Shown here one piece after another: positions 1 through 9,400 of a stretch of DNA of 64,000 nucleotides. The position numbers and the translations under genes were made by a program. Each line of letters begins with the position of its first letter. Within the stretch, counting starts at the first letter, position 1. Origin of the DNA: an uncultured Bacilli bacterium (GTDB taxonomy: Bacteria > Bacillota_I > Bacilli_A > RF39 > UBA660); NCBI GenBank assembly GCA_934157235.1, contig CAKPHH010000006.1, positions 9,861 through 73,860 of the forward strand, given 5' to 3'. The notes beneath the pieces were generated by a model. The model had not been told where the DNA came from, did no database searches, and worked only from the letters and a program-made list of their open reading frames with translations.

Positions 1-1035
1 TATTTAGTGTATCGATTAATTTAGCAACATACTTTGAGTTATCTCCCATACGAAGCCACTCTTGTTCTCTTGCTTCTTCTGGAATATAACATAAATTACT
101 AGTGTAACATCTTGTAAAGACACCTTTTTCATAAGCTTCATTGAAAGCTTCTATACTTTTTTGTCCATCACTAAATAAAGCAAATGACGCTATTAAATAA
201 ATATTTTGGGCTCCTCTTTGTTTTAATTGTTCGGCCACTTCTAGCATAGATTGACCGGATGCTATCATATCATCTACAACAATAACATTTTTACCTTCTA
301 CTGATGTTCCTAAATATTCATGAGCGATTATAGGATTTTTACCATTTACTACTCTAGTCATATCTCTTCTTTTGTAGCAAAAGCCAAAGGGAGTATTTAG
401 CATTTCAGCGTAACATTTAGCTCTTTCTATAGCACCCATATCCGGACTGGCTACTAAAACATTAGAAAAATCAATAGGTTCATTTTCAATAAACTCCTTT
501 AAGATATTATAAGTTGGATAAATAGAGTCAAATGAACAACTATGTAGAGAATTTCTAATACTAGGGTCATGAGCATCAAAAGTTATAAATGAATCAACAC
601 CTAAGGATTCTAATTCTTGAAGCATTAAAGAACAATCTTTAGACTCCCTACCCTTTCTTTTATGTTGACGACCTTCATAAAGAAAAGGCATAATTACAGT
701 TAGTTTATCCTCAGCGCCATCCATGGCTGAAATAATTCTTTTTAAATCTTGATAATGGTCATCTGGACTTTTATGATTTAGATAACCATGCATTTCATAA
801 GTACAACTATGATTCATGACATCAGTTAAAATATAGGTTTCTTTTCCTCTAATGCTTTCTAGAATTTCTCCTTTTCCTTCACCTGATGCAAAGCGAGTTA
901 ATCTAGTTGGAACGATAAAAGTAGCATTAGGATTCATTACTCCACGCATTAATTTTAGATGAGTATCTACCTTTTGTCCAAATTCTTTAAAATTGTCCAT
1001 TACAAGTAGGCGTAAATTGTTTGCTTTAATTTCCA
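1..1035 (-). CDS. prs: ribose-phosphate pyrophosphokinase (PRPP synthetase), C-terminus runs off window start
   Basis: Own minus-strand translation from ATG at 1033-1035 gives MEIKANNLRLLVMDNF...RFASGEGKGEILESIRGKETYIL...TVIMPFLYEGRQHKRK...FDAHD...VVDDMIASGQSM, matching the PRPP synthetase motif pattern. No stop before position 1. Confidence 0.75.
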
Positions 1036-1508
1036 TTTTTCCTCCTTACAATAATAAAAAGAGAATGCAGTATTCCCTTTTTATCTTACATTAATATTAG
1101 TCGATGGATTTAGTATGTGGTTATCCCTTGTGTGAAACTTTATAAATAAATTGTTATTTATAAATAGTAACATACCTTATCCCTCATCTTTATTATAACA
1201 TTATTCAGGTAACATTTAAAAGTGTTTTTAAAATTTATTTAGATTAATATTGGTGACACCTTATAACTTATTGGCAATCAATCTATGTCTCTTTCCATCT
1301 CTTTTACAACCTATTGACAATTCATGTTGTTGGCAATTTAACTTATTTACAATTAACTAACAACTCATTATCAATCTTCCTTATTCTTTTATTCCATCAG
1401 ACAAGATAAATCCAAAACTAAAAAAACTACCTCAAACCATAATTTTTATATATACAACTATAAAACAAAAAAAACAACTCCTTTTCTTGAGTTATTTTTT
1501 TAGTATCT

Positions 1509-2615
1509 TTAATTACTTTGTAATGTTACTTTAGTTGTATGTTCTTTATTATCTCTTATATAGGTTATTTCGATAGTGTCTCCCGCTTGATGTTGATATA
1601 ATTCATATCTTAAGTAAGCATAGTTCTTTACATTATTACCATTAATTTTGGTAATTACATCACCTTTTTTGATACCAGCTTTTTCAGCTGCTGAGTCTTT
1701 TACAGCTTCAACAACAACTGTTCCGGAAGTTATTTTACTATTGACATTGATACCATATTGACGAAGAGTAGCAGTATCCGTAGTATTAGCCATTCTTATT
1801 CCTAATACTGGCCATTTTATAGCCTCACCCTTTTCTAGAGAGTCTGCATGGTTCATAGCATATTCTATTGGAATAGCAAATCCCATTCCTTCAATTTCAT
1901 CATCGACTAATTTCATAGAACAAATACCAATTACTTCACCATTAACATTTAATAATGGACCACCTGAATTACCAGGGTTGATAGAAGCATCTATTTGTAA
2001 TACACGCATTACCCAATCACTACTTCTAGTATTTGAAACATTTACAGATACCATTCTATCCTTACCAGATAAAATACCAGACGTTACACTACCACGATAA
2101 TCAACACCTAATGGAGATCCTACAGTAAATATGGAATCTCCAATACTTACTTTCTCACTGCTACCAATATTTGCGACCATAGTCACTTCTTCTTTAGGTA
2201 CACGTAAGACAGCTAAATCTAAGTATTCATCTCCACCAAGGATAGTTGTTTCTACTTCTTTATCATTAGTAAATAAAACGTTTACTTTACTAGCACTACT
2301 AACAACATGTTGGTTAGTTAAAATATAACCATACTTGTCATCTGTTTTGTAGACAAAACCAGTTCCAGTTGACGCTAGCTGATTATTGGCATATGATTGA
2401 ACAACTACAACTGCATCATATATTTTTTCAACAGAGGCTGCTAGAGAGCTTTTTTCATAAACTTGGGTACCATTTTTAGTTATAACTGTATTTCTATTTC
2501 CAATTATTTGATCTAAAATTGGAGTCCATTTTAAAATTGATAAAGTAACGATACCTCCAATTACAAAAGAAAAGATAATTAAAGGTACTAATTTAATATT
2601 TTCTTTATTCTTCAT
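1509..2615 (-). CDS. htrA: HtrA/DegP-family trypsin-like serine protease with N-terminal TM anchor and C-terminal PDZ domain
   Basis: 368-aa ORF with a GNSGGPLLN catalytic serine motif, an N-terminal hydrophobic segment and a PDZ-like C-terminus. Confidence 0.85.
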   Translation of the reverse strand: MKNKENIKLVPLIIFSFVIGGIVTLSILKWTPILDQIIGNRNTVITKNGTQVYEKSSLAASVEKIYDAVVVVQSYANNQLASTGTGFVYKTDDKYGYILTNQHVVSSASKVNVLFTNDKEVETTILGGDEYLDLAVLRVPKEEVTMVANIGSSEKVSIGDSIFTVGSPLGVDYRGSVTSGILSGKDRMVSVNVSNTRSSDWVMRVLQIDASINPGNSGGPLLNVNGEVIGICSMKLVDDEIEGMGFAIPIEYAMNHADSLEKGEAIKWPVLGIRMANTTDTATLRQYGINVNSKITSGTVVVEAVKDSAAEKAGIKKGDVITKINGNNVKNYAYLRYELYQHQAGDTIEITYIRDNKEHTTKVTLQSN

Positions 2616-3558
2616 TATACATTGGCCTTTCTATTTTTGATAATTCTTTCCAATTTAATGGAAAGCCCATTTGATTTAATATTTTATCTATTTTTATAAT
2701 GGTTAAATTATAATTTAGAGTTTCAACAACATTTTCTAATTCATAAATCATATTTTTAAAGTCTTCTGTTACTAACATTTGCTTCATAATAATTATTAAG
2801 GCAAATAAATCACATTTTCCATAGATATATCCTTCTTCATCTTTAGGAATATTTAATAGTTTATGATAAATAGTATCAGATATTGCCTTTTGAGTTCTAT
2901 TTTCATATAAGATATCTTCATGGGCACAAAGATTTCTATAATTAGCTAGAATTGGTAAATAACCAATAAAATCATCAGTATCAATACCATAAATATTACT
3001 AATATCACGTTGGTCTTCAGGCTTTAGAATAGATATCATTTCACTAACTACACCAAATGATAGAACTTTTACTAAGATCCATAAAGGAATATAACCATAA
3101 TGGGATACATAATGCGAAGTTGCGGAATGTTGAGATCCATTTATTCTAATTTGACGTTTCATTTTTTTGATAAGATCATTTACTTGACGTTGACGCTCAG
3201 GAATCTGGGTAAAATTCTTGGCTCTTAAATAATCTTTTTCCTTGTAGCCATACTTCTTAGATAATTGGTATGAAGTTATAGACTTTAAGTTATTTTCAAT
3301 TACTAAGATATACTTAAATAAGACATTTCGAAAAGAACGATCAAATAAAAATAAACTATATAGCTCTTCAAAAGTTGTTCCTGGTATAAAGACCTTCTCT
3401 GTTTGTGACTTATAAAATAGATGACGATAACCATTTAAAAAGAAATAATTTTCTCTTAATAGAATTTGTTTAGCATACTTTTCATCTTTTATGACTAAGC
3501 CTTTATGCTTAAATATTTCTATTTGTTCATCTAATGTTTTAAATTGTTTCTCTATCAT
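2605..3558 (-). CDS. Abi_2 (AbiD/AbiF-like) abortive infection family protein
   Basis: 317-aa ORF. The N-terminus KQFKTLDEQIEIFKHKGLVIKDEKYAKQILLRENYFFLNGYRHLF matches the conserved Abi_2 N-terminal signature recalled from AbiD/AbiF. The stop overlaps the htrA start by 11 bp. Confidence 0.6.
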   Translation of the reverse strand: MIEKQFKTLDEQIEIFKHKGLVIKDEKYAKQILLRENYFFLNGYRHLFYKSQTEKVFIPGTTFEELYSLFLFDRSFRNVLFKYILVIENNLKSITSYQLSKKYGYKEKDYLRAKNFTQIPERQRQVNDLIKKMKRQIRINGSQHSATSHYVSHYGYIPLWILVKVLSFGVVSEMISILKPEDQRDISNIYGIDTDDFIGYLPILANYRNLCAHEDILYENRTQKAISDTIYHKLLNIPKDEEGYIYGKCDLFALIIIMKQMLVTEDFKNMIYELENVVETLNYNLTIIKIDKILNQMGFPLNWKELSKIERPMYNEE

Positions 3559-3701
3559 AATCTCACCTATTATAGATTATACCATAACATTATTTGTAAA
3601 GTATGGTAAAAATATGAAAATTTTAAAAATTATGATATAATAATTAAGAATTTTTTAAGAAGAAATGAACTGTTATTTTATATGTTTGGGAGGAGTTATT
3701 T

Positions 3702-4673
3702 ATGCCAGCTACTGTTGTTCATGGGTATTTTGCACAAGATGTATGTGATATATTACCTAGTAATATAAAGGAAAAGTTAGATGTTGGACGATTAAGAATG
3801 TTTGGACAAAGTACAGATTCTTTAATGTTTTATAATTTATTTAGTTTGTTACCGGGAAAAGATATTAGAAAATTTCAAAAGTATTTTCATGAAAATAAGA
3901 CACAAGAATTTTTTGTTAACTTAATTAACTATATTAAAGAAAAGGATTATAGTGAAGATGTAGACGTTTGTTCATACTTAGTTGGGTGTATTTGTCATTA
4001 CGTATTAGATTCAATAGTACATCCTTATGTTTTTTATAAGACTGGTTATTTTAGAAAAGAAGAGAAAACAACATATAAATATAATAATATACATACATTT
4101 ATGGAAATTTTCTTAGATAATGATATGATTAAAAGAAGAGAGAGTATTAATCCTTATAAATTCAAAATACATAACTTTTGCTTTGATACTAGGAGTTTTT
4201 CAGATGAATTAGATGATACAATTAATCATACCTTTGAAATGACATTTGATATTAAAAATATGGATAAAATATATTATAAGTCGCTTAAACAGATGAAGAG
4301 TGCCATTAGAATATTTAGAGAAGATCCTATTGGTATAAAAAAATTCTTTTATAAATTAGTTGATACTTTTACAAGTAGAAGAACATTTAGATTTGAAGCA
4401 GTTAGTTATCATTATCCTTTAGTGGATAGACATAACTATTTAAATGAAAATCATAAATTATGGCGTAATCCAACAACTTATAATATTACAAGTACTGAGA
4501 GTTTTTTAGATTTATACCTAAAAGCTCTTAAATTAGCAAAAGTGATAGTATGTGCCAGTTTTGATTATTTAAATGGAAAAGATATTGAATTAGAAAAGGT
4601 ATTTACTAATATTAGTTATATTACAGGACTTGATTGTACATTAGAAAAAGAACTTAAATATTTTGAATTTTAA
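3702..4673 (+). CDS. hypothetical protein, zinc-dependent phospholipase C-like fold (HYxxD...HPY motif)
   Basis: 323-aa ORF with RBS GGGAGG upstream. CHYVLDSIVHPYVFY resembles the Zn-PLC HYFGDIDTPYHP metal-binding motif. The assignment is tentative. Confidence 0.4.
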   Translation: MPATVVHGYFAQDVCDILPSNIKEKLDVGRLRMFGQSTDSLMFYNLFSLLPGKDIRKFQKYFHENKTQEFFVNLINYIKEKDYSEDVDVCSYLVGCICHYVLDSIVHPYVFYKTGYFRKEEKTTYKYNNIHTFMEIFLDNDMIKRRESINPYKFKIHNFCFDTRSFSDELDDTINHTFEMTFDIKNMDKIYYKSLKQMKSAIRIFREDPIGIKKFFYKLVDTFTSRRTFRFEAVSYHYPLVDRHNYLNENHKLWRNPTTYNITSTESFLDLYLKALKLAKVIVCASFDYLNGKDIELEKVFTNISYITGLDCTLEKELKYFEF

Positions 4674-4727
4674 GTTCTTTTTTGTATATTTATAAATAAT
4701 AATTACATACTAATTTTAGGTGATATT

Positions 4728-5798
4728 ATGTTTTATAAATATGAGATTAGGAATAATGGCGTTGAAGATGTTTTATACTTATTTTTGACTATGAATTATG
4801 AGTTTTCTAAAGAGATTGGGTTTAATTCTTCAGATAAGGAGATTACAAGAAGGACTAAGAACTTTATTAATAATAATGGGATTGATTATGATGGAGATAA
4901 AGTTTATTTAGTTATTGATGGAATTGTTGTTAAGAGTTTAGATATTAGTAAGAATAAGAGTGATATAGAGGTTTTAAAGGAAAATTTATATTATTCTAAT
5001 GATTATTATATGGTTACTATAAAACTTGAGAATATGGCGACAATAGAGGTTAATTTAAGGGAATATTTAATGGGATGTTTAGCTAGTGTATATTATAAAG
5101 GGCTAGAGAAGGAGACTTTGAAGGCATTAGCGGTTTTATATCGAACTTATGCTTTTAAGGAGATGAGTGAAGCTAGGGTTATAATGGCATTTAATGATTT
5201 TGTTAATTATAGACCATTATCATATTATAAATTATCTTGGTTTAATAGTTATGATGAGAATGAAAAGATATTAGATGAGGCTATTAAGGAGACTGATTGT
5301 TTATTTCTTACTTATAATCATTATTATATTTTACCGTTTGTACATTTTTGTAATTATGGGAAGACTTTAGTTGATGATAAATATAATTACTTGAGTAGTG
5401 TTTCTAGTAGTTGGGATATGGCTTCTCCTTACTATGTTAATATAAAAGATTATTCATATGCAGAACTTGGGAGATTATTGAAGAGTAATATTAGTGAGAA
5501 TAGTGATATTATGGCAATAGAAGTTGATAGTAATGGATTTATTAATAAATTACAGATAGATAAAGCTATCTTTATTGGGAAAGATATTGTTAAGTTACTT
5601 AATTTAAAATCTAGAGCAATTAATATAATAGTTAATAAAGACTATGTTAGATTTATTTGTAGAGGGTTTGGGCACTTTTTAGGTTTTAGTATATTTGGAG
5701 CTAATGAGATTGCTAAGAATGGGTGTGACTATGCAAATATTTTAAAATACTATTTTCCTAAAGTTACTTTAAACAGATATATAAAAGAACTTTCATAA
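4728..5798 (+). CDS. SpoIID/LytB domain-containing protein
   Basis: 356-aa ORF. EYLMGCLASVYYKGLEKETLKALAVLYRTYAF matches the SpoIID core EYLKGVVPSEMP...EALKAQAVAARTYAL. Confidence 0.6.
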   Translation: MFYKYEIRNNGVEDVLYLFLTMNYEFSKEIGFNSSDKEITRRTKNFINNNGIDYDGDKVYLVIDGIVVKSLDISKNKSDIEVLKENLYYSNDYYMVTIKLENMATIEVNLREYLMGCLASVYYKGLEKETLKALAVLYRTYAFKEMSEARVIMAFNDFVNYRPLSYYKLSWFNSYDENEKILDEAIKETDCLFLTYNHYYILPFVHFCNYGKTLVDDKYNYLSSVSSSWDMASPYYVNIKDYSYAELGRLLKSNISENSDIMAIEVDSNGFINKLQIDKAIFIGKDIVKLLNLKSRAINIIVNKDYVRFICRGFGHFLGFSIFGANEIAKNGCDYANILKYYFPKVTLNRYIKELS

Positions 5799-5819
5799 TA
5801 ATGAAAGTTCTATTTTTTT
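5787..5819. terminator. bidirectional rho-independent terminator between convergent genes
   Basis: Perfect 10-bp inverted repeat GAACTTTCAT-aata-ATGAAAGTTC followed by a T-run. It overlaps the stop codons of both the 4728..5798 gene and the 5810..6022 gene. Confidence 0.6.
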
Positions 5820-6022
5820 GAATTGATTAAGCCTTGAAGAGCTTTATTAGCAGCTTCTTCTAGTTCTATAATACTATCAATATATTTAGCATAATTTTCT
5901 ACAACATCAACAAATTCAGCTAGTTGAGGAGCATCTTTTCCTTGAATTAAGTTTCTAATAATACCAGCACTTTCTCTTAACTCAGAGGCTATTTTATCAA
6001 TACCTATAGATTCATTAGTCAT
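5810..6022 (-). CDS. small helical hypothetical protein in the essC operon (possible T7SS substrate or accessory protein)
   Basis: 70-aa ORF overlapping the upstream ORF by 8 bp. Predicted helical hairpin, no signal peptide and no WXG motif. Confidence 0.4.
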   Translation of the reverse strand: MTNESIGIDKIASELRESAGIIRNLIQGKDAPQLAEFVDVVENYAKYIDSIIELEEAANKALQGLINSKK

Positions 6023-6221
6023 TGCCTAATTCCTCCATTCTTTGAGTAGTTACTTTTTTATTAGGATCAAAGAGATTAGCATTATTTATAACTATTTGTT
6101 TATATGTTTCTAAGTTGTCTAGATAATTAATATTATCTTGATCAGTCCAAACTTTTTTCATTGCTTCTAAGTAGCCATAAATTTTATTAACTGCTTGGAC
6201 ATATTGTTCATATTCAGACAT
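6015..6221 (-). CDS. small hypothetical protein in the essC operon
   Basis: 68-aa ORF lying 10 bp downstream of the YukD-like gene, in the same orientation. Confidence 0.4.
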   Translation of the reverse strand: MSEYEQYVQAVNKIYGYLEAMKKVWTDQDNINYLDNLETYKQIVINNANLFDPNKKVTTQRMEELGND

Positions 6222-6230
6222 AAGTACCTC

Positions 6231-6488
6231 CTATACAAGAATTATTCTTGATCCATTTTTTAGGTCTGTATCTTTAACTGTTTTATTAACATCATACACT
6301 TGACCTGTTTCTTTACTGTAAAAGTTTGTTTCAGGACTAATGATGTAATCATGTTCAGTTATTTCTAAAAGTCCTTCTTCGATTAGTCTTTTTATGGTGC
6401 CAATCTTTTTATTGATAGGAATGAACAAGTCATAAGACTTCTCTATTAGAGGAATATATAAACATATTAATATTTTATTTTTATTCAT
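6231..6488 (-). CDS. esaB: YukD/EsaB-like ubiquitin-fold T7SS protein
   Basis: 85-aa ORF immediately downstream of essC. Its size and position are typical of EsaB/YukD. Similarity is weak, so the call rests on context and size. Confidence 0.5.
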   Translation of the reverse strand: MNKNKILICLYIPLIEKSYDLFIPINKKIGTIKRLIEEGLLEITEHDYIISPETNFYSKETGQVYDVNKTVKDTDLKNGSRIILV

Positions 6489-6497
6489 AATTACCTC

Positions 6498-9400
6498 CTA
6501 CTCATCAGATAAGAATTTAACAACGTTGGCTTTACCTTTAGTGATAACATAACCAAAGTTTGGCTCTAACTCTGCTCTTAAAAGACGAGAATTTGTTGTT
6601 ACTTTAAATGTAAATTGATTACCAATACCATTACCTATCCAAATACCTTCTGATAAATCAATATTAGTTTTATACCAAGCTTCATAATTAAGAGACTTGA
6701 TATTATCAATTGTTTCTACAACAATAAACTTAATTGTACCTAATTTAGATGTTTCAGAGATAGCGGTTGTAAATGAAGCTTTCTTAGTAGAATCCAGTTT
6801 AGTTAATAAAGTATTTATGCCAGTTATAATAACAACAATAGGATCTTCACTATTATCCGTTTGTTTAGCAGTAATAGCATTTAAAACTTCTTCTATTCCA
6901 GTTTGACAATTTCCACTATCATAAATTGTATTTTGTGGTGGATTGTCAGATAAAATACTTAGAGCATCTAGAATTAGACATTTACTATTTTGAATTTTTA
7001 GAATCATTTTAGCTAAACCAGAAATAAATGGTTGAAGTGATGTAATATCCTCTCCTGTTATATTGTAAATAGTATTTTTTAGAGAAATTGTAGATATTTC
7101 TAGAGTTTCTTTTTCGATACCTACTGGTATTGATAAAATACCTCTTAGAGATTGGATAACATCATTTTCAGTTACTGTTTCTGGTAGAATTGGAATTTTC
7201 TTAGCCTTGTATTCACAAATTTGATTTAATTTATTACAAATTACCTTAACGTAGTCAACAATCTTTTCTTCTTTAAATGGATAAGCTGTTTGGAATTCGA
7301 AGATACCATCTAAATTTATTAGACCACGGCCAAAACCTTTTGATGGTTCTTTTTTACGAACTCCAGGTAAGACACTTGAATAGTCTGAAGGATCATTAAA
7401 TTGTAAAACAACGTTTTGGGCAAAGTTTTGACGAAGACGGTATCTAACAGTATTAGGTCCATTTGTACTTAGAATAAAGACAATACCATACTTTAGACAT
7501 TCTCTGGTTATTTGACCTAGGGCTTCTTCGTAATCTGGATACATTTCTAAGAAGCCTTCAATATTATTGATAACAACAACAATTAAAGGAATTTGTTTAC
7601 CACCATGATTAATATAGAAATCATAAGAACCATTATAGTCAACAAATACTTTCTTACGATCATCCATAATTTGATTAATCATCTTAAATAAATTAGCAAT
7701 CTTTTCATTTTCAGATGATAATAATACTTCTCCAACATGTGGAGCATTTCTAAACATTGTTAATGTTTCAGCACCAAAGTCTAGTAGATAGAAATTTACT
7801 TCACTAGAGTCATGAGTTGTTATAGTGGAATAAATGATTGTTTGTAACATTAACTCTTTTCCAGAACCAGCAGATCCAAAAATAATAGCGTTCCCGTTTG
7901 AAGACAATGGTAGGGTTAAAACGTTTTGTTTTTGGTTATCTGGATCATCATATTCACCAATAATTGGGTTAATATTATTGGTATTAATTTGATAAGAGTA
8001 TTTTTGTTTTAAATCTTCAACATATATATTATTTGGTATTCGATCTAGCCATAGTTGAGGAATGGAAACAGATTCTTGTTTAGCTTCTTCTACTATGTAT
8101 TTAATAATATTAGTGATTTCCTCACCTTTAGAGGCTACTTGAACTTCATTTTGTTTATTATCAAGACTTTTTATATTATTTCCAGTATCATCGATAAAGG
8201 TAATACTTTGATCGGTCTTTTTCTTTCTCTTTTCGGCCGGATAATACTGAGCTCCTGCCCAAGCGGCTTGTCCTTCTGCAAACAACTCGTTGTAGCCTAC
8301 TTGTAAGTAGAAACGCCCTGCATTTTTTAATGAAGCAGCATCTGGACATTTAATCATATCCATACTGTCTGATTTATCTTGAACTTTTAAACAGACACGG
8401 AATTTAGAGTTTGACCAAATTTGATCATTAACTACTCCGGCTGGTTTTTGGGTTGCTAGAATAAGATGGACACCTAAAGAACGACCGATACGAGCTGTAG
8501 AAATTAATTGTTCCATGAACTCTGGTCTTTGATCCTTTAATTCGGCAAACTCATCAGAGATAATAAATAGATGCGAAATTGGGTTATCTACTAGACCTTT
8601 ACGATAAAGGGCTTGATACTTATAAATATCAATAGTACTTTCATCCAATTTATCTCTGGCTTCATTAAACATTCTTTGACGTTTACGAAGTTCACTTTGA
8701 ATAGAAGCTAAGGAACGGTTCATTTCAACAGTATCTAGGTTGGTGATAGTTCCAGCTAGATGAGGTAATTTCATACCTGTCTCTTTATTTTGGAAAACTC
8801 CGGCTAGACCTCCACCTTTATAATCGATAAGAACGAAGGATACTTCGTATGGATGGTAGTTTAGAGCCATTGATAAAATATAAGTAATGATAAATTCAGA
8901 TTTACCAGAACCGGTCATACCAGCAATTAAACCATGTGGTCCATGAGCTTTTTCATGTAAATCTAGTTTGAATAATTCGCCGGACTTATCAACGCCAACT
9001 GCTGTTTGAAGACTTTTGGTAGGATCATTTGATTTCCATCTATTTAATATATTTAACTGTTCTACCATACCAACATTATACATTTCTAGGAAGGTTAAGC
9101 TTAATGGTAGCGTTTGGTTTGCTTTAGCAATATCGATTGGAATGTTGGCTAGTTGTTTGCAACATTCGTACATATTTAAGTTTAAGTCAAAGTCAGCATC
9201 AAATTCTTTTTGTTTATTTGAAACTAACTCATTTTCAAAAATACCAGACTTTTTATCACCAATACTAATAAATGTTTTACATTCATTTGGTAAATTTACT
9301 AATCTTGGACTGATGACAATTAAACTGAAACCAACGTTTACTTGCATATCAGAAACATCTTTTAATATTTCTAGATCACGAACTGTTTTATAATCATCCG

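Noticed and set aside
2131-2328. 65-aa plus-strand ORF inside htrA
   Set aside because: Entirely antisense to a well-supported protease gene. Low-complexity product, no RBS.
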